A stretch of DNA of 64,000 bases from Macrostomum hystrix (Eukaryota; Animalia; Platyhelminthes). Both the position numbers and the translations under genes were made by a program. The stretch spans positions 1,922,001 through 1,986,000 of the forward strand of contig CATNEN010000002.1 in the NCBI GenBank assembly GCA_950097015.1. Direction: 5' to 3'. A model generated the notes under the pieces. It searched no databases. It saw nothing but the letters and a program-made list of their open reading frames with translations, and was not told the origin of the DNA. Positions 47,368 through 60,500 of the stretch are shown here, piece after piece (the stretch's first letter is position 1; every line of letters begins with the position of its first letter).

Positions 47368-48105
47368 TCATTTGACCTTGACCTGTCCCCCAGTCACGTG
47401 ACCCTCCTCGGGAGAGCGGGCCGGCTGCACGGGCTTCTCGTCCAATGGAGCCGGAGGACCAATCATTGTCGTGGTGGTCCGCGGTGCCAACGGGCCCCTC
47501 TGCTGCTGCTGCTGATGCTGACGCCTGCCGGCTGAACCGATCGATCCAGTCGTCGAGGAGCCGTCCTCCTCGTCAAACAGTCGCCAGACCAAGGACGGCA
47601 GGATGAGGCCGGCCGCGGTGACGGCGGCTCCCAGGCCGAAGACTCCGAGGGCGACGTACTTCAGCACGGCCGCGCTGCGATTCCATTCGGCGTTGCTGCG
47701 ACTCCGGACGAAGCCCTGAACTCCGGGCACTTCAACGAGATCCGGCTCGTGCGGCAGAAAAAACGCGATGGCTAAGCCGAGCGCTCCGAAGATCAGACAG
47801 TTGACGCCGATCCACAGCATCGCCTTCCACACAATGGGCCTCAGGTAGCAGCTGCGCCGTTGCTTGCCGAAGCTGCCGACGCCGCAGCCGCCCCCAGCAG
47901 CGAGGAGGCGTCGAAGCTCGTCGTCGGCTTCCGCCTGGCCAGCCATCGGCGGGGCAGAAACGTCGCCTCCGACGCCGCCGACGCTGCAATCGTAAAACTT
48001 GTGCAGGTAGGATTTCACTTTGGGCCTCGGGGGCGGCGGAGGTTGCTGCTTCTGCTGCTGCTGCTGCTGTTGCTCGCTTGACACTTTGCTGACATCGTCA
48101 GTCAT
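47368..48105 (-). CDS. NRSN1: Neurensin homolog, single coding exon, 245 aa from MTDDVSK
   Basis: VKSYLHKFYDC matches the neurensin signature as recalled (VRSYLHQFYEDC); VWK...G followed by two hydrophobic TM segments. A CCGCAG acceptor lies just upstream of the ATG. Confidence 0.8.
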   Translation of the reverse strand: MTDDVSKVSSEQQQQQQQKQQPPPPPRPKVKSYLHKFYDCSVGGVGGDVSAPPMAGQAEADDELRRLLAAGGGCGVGSFGKQRRSCYLRPIVWKAMLWIGVNCLIFGALGLAIAFFLPHEPDLVEVPGVQGFVRSRSNAEWNRSAAVLKYVALGVFGLGAAVTAAGLILPSLVWRLFDEEDGSSTTGSIGSAGRRQHQQQQQRGPLAPRTTTTMIGPPAPLDEKPVQPARSPEEGHVTGGQVKVK

Positions 48106-48194
48106 AGTTGAAATGCTTCCACAGCTCACTGCGGGAGCTGAACGAGTTTCATTTGCATAAATGGTTTTTCCAAAAGTGGCAACCACACAGCCAA

Positions 48195-48300
48195 CGCAGG
48201 CACTCACTCACACAGGTGCGTACTCGTACATCTGCCCTGAACTATCTCATGGTCGTCACGCGGTGTACAATTTACTGTGCCTTGAGGGTTTGGCCCTCGT
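48195..48300 (-). mobile_element. Degenerate SINE fragment (family of 37779-38004)
   Basis: GCAGGCACTCACTCACACAGGTG...GTACATCTG.CCTGA..CTCATGGTC...ACTGTGCCTTG. Confidence 0.6.
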
Positions 48301-49374
48301 GAGTGTAAATAGCATGGAGAAACCTATGCTAGCATATTTCGTAGATCTGAGAACCTGCAGCAGATGTCATGTTCGTAGAAAATTTGCCTCTGAGGTAGAA
48401 TGTCAGCTAACAAGGCTACTCACACTCTCTACTCAACTCACAAGTCTTAGACAACTCACCAGTCCGATAAGCTTCCGGATTAGGGGAAGCGAGCCCCGGG
48501 GGGAATTATGCGAGATAAACGCACCTGCGGAGGTATCGCTTATATAAGAATTCTAATTTTAATCCTGATAGGACACGCCTTCGAGCCAGCGCTTCGCCCT
48601 CTGTAACTGAGGGTCAGCGGGACGGCTTTTAGATCCGGATGGCGAATGGGAACAGTAAATTCTCGGGATTTTTTGCCGAGCAAGAGAGAAAGAGACGGCT
48701 GATGGGTAGCTCTCACACTGCTGAGACTGGCGTTCGTTCCATAATCTCCGTCCTTCCGTCCCCCGTCTCTCCCCCTCTCTCCCCCTCTTACCCCGCCGAG
48801 TCAGCAGCCAATAACAGATTAAAGCAGACTTTGCTATTTATTGAAGTCTCTACACCGATGTTAGCAATGCCGAGCCACTTCAGAAATTCTCATTTCGTGG
48901 GCATCATTCCCACGCCACATATCTCCTCCCTCCTCCCTGTCTCACGCAGCCCCCCTAATCTCCGTAATCACAGGCTTGCACATGCCGGTACAGATGAGCT
49001 GCTAATGACTATTGATGTTTTTTTCTCGCTTGTTTTTTTAACAGCAGGAAAACTGTCTCTTCCCTTCTGTTCTTTATGCATTCAAGCCGTTTTTATGATT
49101 AAATTGGGCACTATGATTAATGCTAGATCTTTTTAGTGCAATAATCAATTTTCAAGCATGTTTTCTACCTTTCTAACCGTTTTCTAAGCTGTTTAAGATG
49201 GCTCATGGTTGATGCGCTGAAAAACTACAGCTCATGATCACTGGTAGGCAGATTGGGTGAGAGATCACCATTGACAGATAAGCTGAGGAGGCTGGGGAGA
49301 CAATACGATCGAGAGAATGTGAGAGATGCGAAGATTGAGATAAGAGGAAGATTTGGAAAAAGGGAAACTGTGAG

Positions 49375-50475
49375 AGAGGGAGAGTGGGAGAATGGGGAGA
49401 GGGAGTGACAGAGAGTGGGAGAATGGGGGAGAGGGAGTGACGGAGAGTGGGAGAATGGGGGAGAGGGAGTGACGGAGAGTGGGAGAATGGGGGAGAGGGA
49501 GTGACGGAGAGTGGGAGAATGGGGGAGAGGGAGTGGGAGAATGGGGGAGAGGGATAGTGGGAGAATGGGGGAGAGGGATAGTGGGAGAATGGGGGAGAGG
49601 GATAGTGGGAGAATGGGGGAGAGGATAGTGGGAGAATGGGGGAGAGGGATAGTAGGAGAATGGGGGAGAGGGATAGTGGGAGAATGGGGGAGAGGGATAG
49701 TGGGAGAATGGGGGAGAGGATAGTGGGAGAATGGGGGAGAGGATAGTGGGAGAATGGGGGAGAGGGATAGTAGGAGAATGGGGGAGAGGGATAGTGGGAG
49801 AATGGGGGAGAGGGATAGTGGGAGAATGGGGGAGAGGGATAGTGCGAGAATGGGGGAGAGGGATAGTGGGAGAATGGGGGAGAGGGATAGTGGGAGAATG
49901 GGGGAGAGGGATAGTGGGAGAATGGGGGAGAGGGATAGTGAGAGAATGGGGGAGAGGGATAGTGGGAGAATGGGGGAGAGGATAGTGGGAGAATGGGGGA
50001 GAGGGATAGTGGGAGAATGGGGGAGAGGGATAGTGGGTGAATGGGGGAGAGGGATAGTGGGAGAATGGGGGAGAGGATAGTGGGATAATGGGGGAGAGGG
50101 ATAGTAAGAGAATGGGGGAGAGGGATAGTGGGAGAATGGGGGAGAGGGATAGTGGGAGAATGGGGGAGAGGGATAGTGGGAGAATGGGGGAGAGGGATAG
50201 TGAGAGAATGGGGGAGAGGGATAGTGGGAGAATGGGGGAGAGGATAGTGGGAGAATGGGGGAGAGGGATAGTGGGAGAATGGGGGAGAGGGATAGTGGGT
50301 GAATGGGGGAGAGGGATAGTGGGAGAATGGGGGAGAGGATAGTGGGAGAATGGGGGAGAGGGATAGTAAGAGAATGGGGGAGAGGGATAGTGGGAGAATG
50401 GGGGAGAGGGATAGTGGGAGAATGTGGGAGAGGGATAGTGGGAGAATGGGGGAGAGGGAGTGACGGAGAGTGGGA
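49375..50475. repeat. 24-bp G-rich minisatellite (GGGAGAATGGGGGAGAGGGATAGT)
   Basis: Read directly. Confidence 0.97.
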
Positions 50476-51463
50476 TATTAGTAAGCAGAGCTGCTGCTGC
50501 TGCAAGCACGAGCTGAGCTGCTCGTCAGTCTCAAAAGATGTCATTAGCACAGCAGGCTGGGCAGCTGAGACTTTAATCAGCCCTGAGTCGGTGCTGCCGG
50601 CAACTCATTTATCCAGATCCCGCCCCCCAGCTCTTCAAATCCCTGTCGCTCATGCAGCGTGTCTGTCTAGTTTCAAAGGGACTGGGGAGAAGATTAAAAA
50701 ATGTCATTAAAAAAATTCATCCCGGTTGACACGCGAAAGATGCACGCCGCTGTTCCCTAAAGAATTTCTAGACTAGTTAGAATATTCTACTATTTGACGG
50801 CAAGTAATTTCATCAGTCTACTGACAGTAGGCGTTTAAGATTTTTCAAGATTTTTCAATATATTTTGAATAAAAACAGGTAAATAAATTAAAATGAAAGC
50901 AAAAATTCATTATTGATTCCAGTGAGCGTCGAAATGTAATTATTTTTGTTTAAACTTGAATTATTTGGCGTAATTTACTTTTTTGTTCAGTGTTAATCAT
51001 GGCCAACGCTTTAATTTGGTAGCTATTGAAGGCTTAGTTTTTTATTTTGAGCACAGCAACTGATAAGGATTTGCTTTGTACTTTACAGTGCATTGCGTGG
51101 AGAAGGTAAGCTATATGTATCTCGACTGCTATCGAGGCCGTTTTTAAACTGGAAGACAGAAAAGACAAAGAGATGTAATAACGGATAAGCTCACTTAAAT
51201 AGATTCGAGTAATGATATTATTTTATGACGCAAACTGATTTCGCAAAAATCAATAAAAAGCAAAAAAAGTGGAATTGTATGTTAAAAAACTAACTCGCCA
51301 CATGGCAAATCAAAGCGAGGAAAAAAAATGGACAATGAAAAACAAAGTTAAGGACGAAAAAACAGCAGCGAACATCTTTAGCGACCGGATAACGAACAAA
51401 ACGTATTAAGCACCAATTCAAATTAGATTTTCTTAGAAACACAGCTTCTCTACTTCGCAATAT

Positions 51464-51469
51464 TTTATT
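51464..51469 (-). promoter_or_regulatory. Putative poly(A) signal of the LLTP gene
   Basis: AATAAA on the minus strand ~117 nt after the stop codon. Confidence 0.45.
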
Positions 51470-51585
51470 CGCCGCTAATCTTCACTGCTCTCAGAATGAG
51501 TCTTTACTGAAAAATAAATTGTGTTTTAAAAAATGGTAGTCGAAACTGTAAGCAAATGGATCTTCTTCTAGCGGGAGTTCTCAAC

Positions 51586-54500
51586 TCAAATCTGTCGGCA
51601 GGTCAGGCGGCCTTTCGTTCCGCAGCCGCTGGCCGCACAGCGGCATTCCAGGTAGCCTCCAGTGGCACCTGTGGCCGTCGAGCCGGCGGCCTCGGATGCG
51701 AGTCGATCAGCGAACACCCGGCTGAACAGGTCGATACGGCTGGCGTACTGACGGCGGCGCAGGTAGCGCAGGTCGAAGACGGAGCCGCCAGTTTCAGCGG
51801 CTAGCCGGGCGCACTTGCCCACAGGTCGCTTGGTGTAGCCGTGCAGCTCCGCGCTGCCCTCTGGCGACTCCGGCGAGAAGGCCAGGCTGGCGTCGATGCC
51901 GAAAGCCAGGGAACGGCGGCCGTAGAAGTACGTCGGCATTGTCGTCTCAGTCAGGACGTGAAGTCGAACGTCGGACTCCTGCAACGACTGGCGCACCGAC
52001 TGCAGCGTCCTGCGGCCCTCGTGGCACTCGTCGCAGGCCACGAGAATCACGTGACGCGACGCCCCGGGTCGCAGTTCGCCAAGTCGGGCCGCCATTCGAA
52101 CAGCTTCGAGAGCGTCAGCGCCTCGAGCGCCATCGACGCTGGTGTCGGCCGTGTTGTGCGTCTCCAGGCCTGCCAGCACGCGCAGAAGCTGCTGGTCGCT
52201 GCCCATGATCTCGCCAGCCAGGGTGTGCCAGTGCGGCCGGCTGCGCTCGGTGGCCACCGCCTTTCCTCGATGGTGCGAAGGATTGCCGAAGCCAAGAAGG
52301 CCGAATCGAACGTCGGAGACGCCGCTGTCGCCCAGGCTGCGCTTCAGCTGGTTAATCATTCTTGGCAGTCGACGCAATGTCTCCATGCCGATGCATCCGC
52401 GCTCCTCCAGCACCAGGACGATGTCGGCAGAGGCTACGTTTGGCGCTGGCAGTCTGTAGCTCTGACCGAGACCCAACTGGCGATAGGTTTCGCCGCTCTG
52501 CTGAGGCGAACGCGCCGAGCAGCTGAGGCACTTTGACGGGGCGCGCAGTCCACGAAGACCCTTGGCGTCGCAGTGACGGATGTAGGCCACAGCCGCCCTG
52601 CAGACCTGCTGCTGGGTGCCGCCGCTGCGGCGCTCCTGCGCGCAGATGTCTCTGAACGGGGCCGGATCAACGATGGCGTAGCAGCGACGGAATGGCGACG
52701 TGCGGGGCGCATCGAACAGGCTCAGACAGTCTTCGTGCGGCTGATCGGGAACATCGCTGTGGCTGGCCATGTTGACGTGTCGACAGGCACCCAGTCGCCA
52801 GGAGCCGGTGAAGTCCTGGACGCTGTTCACACGAAGGCTGGTGCTTCCAACCAGGTCATTGAAAGGCTCGTTGTCAAAGTTGCCTAACAGTCCGCCGAGT
52901 CGACCGTGGTACCAGCCAGAAACGCTCACAGTGTGCGTGTCAGCCTCGGGATCAATTGCGACGGTGAACAGATGGCCGAGGTCCTTCGCTCGCAAGCCAG
53001 AACCGGTGCGAACGATGCTCAAGTCGCCAATGTTCAGCGGCAACTCCTGCTGGACACCGTCGATCAGTACGTGCAGGCGTGGCGTCACCCGAATGCGCTT
53101 TCCGTAGGCAAAGATGTCGAGGCTCTTTCCAGAGCTGGCGTAGGTCATGCTGATGGCCCAGCTGCGGCTGCGGAAATCCCTGGCGAGCAGGTAGGCGCAC
53201 TCGCCGCTGCCGAGGAAGTCGTAGTGACGTCCGTCAAAGGTCACAATGTGGTCTCCGATGACTGATGCCACACCCTTGAACTTGGGAATCCACGAGCCGG
53301 AGGGCATATCAAAGTCCGGGATGGAGTCGTACACAACATCGCGCACCGCGGTCAGCTTGCGTCGAACTGTGTTGAAGGCGTCTCGCGCTGACCTATAGCT
53401 GCTGGCCAATCGTCCGTGGACTTCATCCAGACCGGATGTGGGCCGAGTCTTTAGATCCGTCCACTTCATGGGTGAGTAGAGATGCGCCTCGAATTTACCT
53501 TGGCTGAAGTTGTTCTCAATGATGGTGTTCTTCGACAAGCCAAGGTAGTCGGTTGCCAAGCCGATGGTGTTCTGTCTCACGTACTCAACACCCTGGAGAT
53601 AGTTGTCCTTGGCAAAGTCCTTCAAGTTTTTCTCGATGTTGAAGTGGTCGAGGAACCACTTAGACTGCGCGTATGCTCCTGAGACCACAGAGCTAACAAG
53701 ACCGTCTCCCACTAGTCGATTGACGTGGTGCCTGACATTTGTTTTCGTTGAGGCGATTGCCTCGGCAGCGCTGTCAGTCACTCGTCTGATTCTAGCCTCG
53801 ATAGACCGGTGGGCCGTCAGCACCTGCTCTCGAATGTCGTCGTGTAGCAGATTAAAGGTGTTGTAGTCCACTTCGCTGACGGAGCGCGCGACACGCACAC
53901 GAAGGTCACCCAGGGTTGTCATGCTGCCTCTGAAAGGGTTCGACTGGACGAGGCTCTGGTATCCGCCATGTGCCGCGTCCAAAGCCGGCCGAATGCTGTC
54001 AACAGCGCCATTGATATAGCGCAGCACATGACCGTTCACTGTGCGGTAGAGGTGATCGCGGTGGCGCCGATAGACGTGATAGGCTTGAGTGGCGTGATCG
54101 TAGCAACGACTAGCCTGGCTAGTAATCCGGTTCGATGTGTAGACAACGTGTGGATGGACGTAAGCTGAATAGACTTCGATGCCTCTCTCTATCACCGCAA
54201 CAGTGTAAGAAGCCAGGGCTGACGCGACTTCGCTCACCGCCTGATAAATGTCCCGGCTGTAGAATTCGTTTCTGGCGTACATGTCTCGGAACTGCGCGTT
54301 CATGTAGCTGATGTCCCTGCCAAGAGGCTCCAGCTCTTGCGCCACAATCTGGGCAGCGTTGGCCAGATCGGGCAAGACTAGGTCTGTGCTAACCTTAGAC
54401 AGAATCTCATGTACACAAGAAGATTTCATTGAAGCCATCAGGGAGCTGGCATCTTGGAGCAGCATCGGAACGCTCTCGCGCAGTGCGGCGTAGCGAAGCA

Positions 54501-57500
54501 GCCCGCTGGTCGGATTCCAGTGCAACTTCACTTTCATCATGTGGCGTGACTTCAGCTGCGCCTCGGCTAGCAGCTGCTGCATCTTGACCGAGTTGGTAAC
54601 TCGGTGGATGTCCGCCCTCAGGTGCCAGTTGTCGGCGTATCCGAGTCCCATCCAAAGTCGATCCTTTTCGCGTGGCTCGTAAATCAGCTGGTAATCCGGC
54701 GAGCTCAACAGGCGCAGTTCCAGCTTCTGTCCATGAGTCTTCAAGCTGTAGACGGTGTCGCCAGCTTCCACAGATTTCTTCAACTCGACGCTGCAGCGCT
54801 TGGTGGGCAAAATCAGATCAAATTTGATAGCACTCGAGCTGAACTCAACAATCGACTGCACCATAGTTGGCCGACTGGCAGAGTCGATGTAGTGAATGGA
54901 AAAATTTCCGATTCGCCAGTAGAGGGTACTTTTCACCTCACCGTCAATCTTGAAGTCGACATTGCTGCTCGCTTGCGACATGCTGGCCTGCACTCGAACG
55001 CTTTCTGTGGTTGTGCGCATTGTCTCAAACTTCATCAAGATCTTGTCCCGACTGTTGTTGGTAATGTCCAGGCTAATCTCGCTGGAGTGTAAAATCTGAC
55101 TTTCACCCCTCACGCTGCTGAACTCGATCCTGTACGGCTTTTGATTAGCAAACATCAGCTCCAGACTGCACGCAACCCTGCGTCCTGGTGTGAACTGCGC
55201 CTGGGCCGCCACCGCCAGGACCTTGTTCAATTCGGCTCTGCCTGCATCCCAGTTCACGGAGGCACTGAAGCGTCCCTCTCCAGTTTGCTGCTGATATCTG
55301 AAACTTGTCTCAATGCGCCTTGATGGAATGTAGAGGTGCACCTTGGTCTCTAGATCGATCTTCCTGGCATCTCCTTTGTTGTTAATCACGGTCACTAGTG
55401 TCAATGGTCTAACAACGCCGTGGTTCGGAGTAAACGACAGTTCGTAGGCGAATCCTCGACTGGTTCCATAGATCTTTCTCTTAATTTGCACAGTTCTGTG
55501 CGGAGTGCGCAAGCTCAGGAACGAGGTAGCATTAACCATACTGGCGCTCGACTGCAGCTGAGTTTGCAGATGGAATGGCACCCAGTCTCCGATTGTGACC
55601 TTCAAATCAGAGCTAAGCGTTCTCACCTCAGTTTTCAGCTGGTACTTGATTCGGATCGGCTGGGTGCGTTCGATTTTGATCTCGCCACTTTCCGCGCCGG
55701 CTTTGATCTGGATGCTGTGCCACTGCTCTCCGTTGATCTTCATGCTGGAAGTGTGCTCCAGAATTCTTTCTCTGAGTTGGTTTTGCAGATTGAGCTCGGC
55801 ATGTCTGTACCTGAGACTCGATGTTTCAACCACTACGCGACTAGTAAAATCTGAGGGCTCGCTGTATGTGCCAACTGTGGTGACCTTGCCGAAATTACCG
55901 TGAGGCATCTGCAGCATCAGGTGCAGCCGCGCCTGAGACTCCTCCTCGTCACGAAGCGCCTTGAAGCCGATCTTCTGGTAGCCGTCAATCGGCAGAGCGA
56001 TGCGAAGTCTCATAGCGTCATCGGTAATGCTGCCATCGATCTTTAGCTCCTTGCCGTTGATTCCAGCAGCAAGCTGAGCGCTCCAGACCTGTGACGATTT
56101 TCTGTGCTCAATCGAAAACTCCGCTGTCCTGACTACTTTATGCGGAGACTCAATCTTGAAGCGAAGCATACCGCGAGGATAGTCGTCAAGAGACTCAATG
56201 TCTGCGCTAAGTGAAACAGAATAAGTGTAGTCATTGTAGTCAATGCCCGCCTGTGTCGCCAGCTTCATTGGCTGTTCCCATTTAAGAGCAATTTTCCCGC
56301 CAAGCTTTCGCAGAACTGCAAACGGTGTACGGATGCGCAGCTCCAATACGCTGGGGTCGATTGTGAGGCTGCCTTCGATGGCTCTCTCTCCCAGACGGAA
56401 CTCCGCGTCCCAGGCAATTCCTTGCGCATTCATTTTCGGCTGCAGCTTCGCCACAATAGTTGGCAGCGCACTGTTGCTAGAAGCGATCGATAGGCTAAAC
56501 GGGCCGTCCATTTTTACCTCGACAAACGAGCCGGACAACCAGTTGATGCTGAGAGAGGACTTTCGGTTACACTTTGCTGGTAGGATGGCTAGCAGACTTC
56601 CGTGCATGGGAAGCAGCTCGCTTGACAGGCTGTATGCGAATGGGATGCCGTTTCCGTAGCGCAGTTGGATGGACTGCTCAATCTTGTTGGCGGCGTCGAT
56701 GGAATGCGAGAAGGAGAAGCTGGCTGGATTGTTTATCAGCGGCAGCAGGTTGAAGTTCTGCAGCGCCGCACTGAACTTGACGCTTCTGGTGGACAGAATC
56801 TCCGATTCCACATCAAGTCGAAGTCTGTCAGACCCGGTGCTCACTGAAGCCACGTACTTGAAGCTGCCCAGTTTCTTTCCGATGATCTTGTTTCTGATTT
56901 CAACTTTGCCAAAAGGTGTCTCAACAAGACCGTTAGCCTGGATCGGCTCATCGCCTTCCGGTACAAGCAGCTGTGCACTCAACGCACCCAAGCTTGAAGC
57001 ATCAACGCTGACATTGGCTACTACACTGAAGCACATTGTGCAAGTCTTTTGCATCTTGGCCTGCACTTTCACCGGTCCGAAATCGCTCGAGCTGATCAAA
57101 ATCAAGGCGCTCTTTTCAGCATCGGCGCAACTGAACTTCACGTGGTTCTTCCTAATGCTCTCCTTGTCCATCCAATACTCAAACTGACCCGGAGTCCATG
57201 AGAGCTTGTGCTGCAACTTCTTCGGCAAGTTGTCCAGGCCGTAAGCAATCTCCGTCAGTAAAGACTCGCCGCTGTACCGATGGCCAGTAGATTCGAATTG
57301 GAAAGATGCAATCTGCATTTTGTAGTTCCACCTGTGCCGATGAGGGCCGTCAAACTCGTGATTAACGTCAATTTGTTGGCCTAACGCTTCAAAATGAGCC
57401 ACGAGGCGTTTGCTGAAATCCGCGGATGGTTCCACTTTCACTGCGCCCTGTGCCGTGCTACTCTTTCCTAGAAGAGTAACGGTGTGATTGAAGCTGAAGT

Positions 57501-60500
57501 TCGACCACGAAACATGCCGATTGGCGAAGCGGGCTCTGAAGTTCGGCATCGAGAACTCGGCCAGCGACTGCTCCTTTTCAAAATTCCAGGACACTTCGAG
57601 TGGCAGAGGACCGTCGTTGTTTACGGTGAGGCTGGTTGATATTTTGCCCTGTTGAAGTGTGGAAGAAGCATTCAAGGCACCACTGACAACTATTCTCTCA
57701 GGCAGGACTGCGGACAGCGGGCACTCCACACAGCTCATTCTATGAGAGAAGTCAAAACTGTTCCGTCCGCGATGCAGGTGCTGCAGGCTCAGTTTGAAAC
57801 TGTTCACGTCCAAGTCAAGTGTCTTTTTCTGATCTTCAACGTTCCAACTTCCTGCGAGTACCTGGCCGGTGTTGTTTAGTCTGACCTGACCCACTAGCCA
57901 GGAAGGATTTGCTTCCAGAGAGCCAGTCAAGGTGTGCGCGCCAGTCGGCAGGGAAAACTCGGCGCTGAACTTGCCGCTCGTCGGGTTTGTCTGCGCGAAG
58001 CTCAACCGCAGCCTGGGGTGGTGAATCTCCAAAGACGACTTGCTCGCTGAGCTGAAGTCCCAGCTGGTCCTCCTCTCGCTGATTGGACTGCTGAGACTCG
58101 AGTGAGTCGTCTTGACAAACCCGGTTGATCCAAGCCTGTGCGCCCAGGTGAAGCTGTTTTGGGAGCCAGTGGACTTCTCGACGTGGATATTCGCCTCAGT
58201 AAATCGAAGAATGGACCTGGCATCGTATACACCGCTGGCTGCAAGTCGGTTACTGTCGTACCTCAAACGGTGACTATAGTGGGTGTTCTCCTCAGCCTTG
58301 TTAGTAGCGAGATCGATCTCAATTAGCGGCTTCTCATGATGATAATAGGCTTGAATGCGCTTGGAGTCCGCAGCCAAGTGCCATTCGGTGCTGGCTCTGA
58401 TGCTCAAGCTTCCAATAGAAGACACCGAAACCTTGCCCTGCCTCCAGCTCTCAATATTATGCTCGACTGTTGTCGTTGATTTAAGACCTGGTGTCCAACG
58501 GTCACTGAAAATATTCAAGCTGCACTTTTTACTAGAATAGAGCAGCTCCACTTTGAACGGCACCGTGTTTTGCAGTTTGCTTTCAGCGACAAAGTGCCCC
58601 ACTTTCGAGCTCAACTTGGCCTCAAAAACCACATCAACTCCATTGTGCACGTAAGTTTCCGCTGCCAGGTGCTGGGATGGCATCCCGACGACAGACTTGT
58701 GCAGCAGCTTCCAGTTCCCGGCGTGGATCTTTCCGGCGCAGCTGTGCTCCAGCCAGTTGTTGTGGTGATGCTGGAAGCTGGCACTCAGCGGACTATCGAG
58801 CCAGGTAGAAGAGATCTCAGCGGTTCCCTCAATTTCGGTGTGGTAGCCATGACGAGTTGACGGGACAGCTGCAAACTTTCCTTTGAGCTCATGCTTCTCC
58901 GAGTCGCGGGTGTAGGAGTAGTGGCAGGAGAAGTCTTTGTTCGACCTGTGCTCGTGCTCGAGCCATAGTCTGGCGTCTCCTAGCTTCAGTTCTCCACGCA
59001 GGCTGGGCATGTTCAGGTTCCAGTTGGCGCTAATTTTCGGAGTCTCGATACTTCCTGTCTGTTCGAATGCGATGCCTCCTGTTCTCAATCCTAGGTTGTG
59101 GGTGAGCTGCACGTTAGTATGAAAACTGGTCAGATCGTTGTTGAACTTCAGCTCAGTTGACGTCTGGTTGTGCTTTACGGAGAGCTTCACAATGTTCACT
59201 GCATAGGCGGTGTGCTGCAGATGGAATGAGCCCTTTTCAACTGTGATGCTGTTTTCGTGGCCCAGTCCCACCAGGCGAGAGTTGGCCTCTTTGCTGCTCC
59301 AGTCGACTTTGCCGGTGTGTGCGATTTTCCACTCGTCAACACTGGCCTCGTTAGACCATGTCGACTGTTTCCACCCGGCTTCATTGAAGTGATGCCGAAG
59401 ACTGACTTTCACATGTGGCAGGTACCGCTTGTACCGGTGCTCTCCGGTTGACAGTTCAAAAGCAGCAGCGTACATGTTCAGGTATCCTTGGATGGGAGAG
59501 GCCGTGCGCTGCATGTTTCCGTCCAGCTGAATGTACGTGACTCCGTTGTGCTGGATGGAGTGGGTCAGGGTTCTTTGCCACGTGCCAAAGGAAGTCTGCA
59601 AGTCGATTTTCAAGCTCTGACGTGGGCTGCTGTAGTGCAGCTTCGATGTGAATTTCGTGCTTTGCAGGATTGCGGAGCTATCGAGTATGTACTTTCTTTC
59701 CCCAAACTCATACTCGTGCAATACTTTCTGATAACCCTGCCTGTGAACATGGTTGATCTTCATTGTTACTGGCAGCCATGGGTTTGCTGTTCTGAGCTCA
59801 GCAGTCATGGAGCCTTCCTCCGGCTGCAGATTCATCTGTGCCAGAATATTATGCGGTCCGAATGTGACTTCTAATTTCGGCCTGTGGGGTAGAGGCCCGC
59901 AGTTCACGCGCACCTTAATTGGGTTGAGTTCATCCCATTCAACGTCTACGTCAAGCGACATCGCCTTTCTTTCCACCTTCATGATTTTCAAATAAGTCTT
60001 GCGAGCGACCTCAAGCTTTGCGGTGACTGAGAACTGATCGATCCAACTCACTACGTCCTGCTTGTACTCAAAACTGAGCGCCACTTGACCCATGTACAGC
60101 ACGCTCAATCTCTGGTTGTAAGCAACTGTTCTGTAGCCTGACTTATCGAAGCTGGAAATGACGCGAACAATCTCGACTCCGCCGCTCTTCACACTCAGAT
60201 CCCACTGCTTTGCGCGCAGTGTCGCAACAACCTGGCCGTTGACTCCAAAGCCATTCCACTCTACGTTGGTATTCAGCTCGCTATGATAGTTTACGTTCAC
60301 CTTTGATGACAGCAGCTTGGTTTCGGAGGCGGCAACAGTAAGGTCTGTCTCGAAAACGCCAGGCTTGAACTTTGCCGACCACGTCGATACGTAAGATCCA
60401 CGGACGGGACAAAACAAGTTAATGCGGGCCTCGAGGTTGTGCTCCTTGCTTGAAGACAACCAGCCTTGGCGTGATTTGGCAAGCAGGTGTCCCTCCATTG

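Noticed and set aside
48639-49136. 165-aa + strand ORF upstream of neurensin
   Set aside because: No recognisable domain and mixed composition; more likely UTR, intron or promoter DNA.
119-50710. Long low-complexity ORFs (e.g. 119..712, 41363..42467, 42710..43776, 45340..46572, 49225..50550)
   Set aside because: They are translations of stop-free minisatellites in several frames at once and are not credible proteins.
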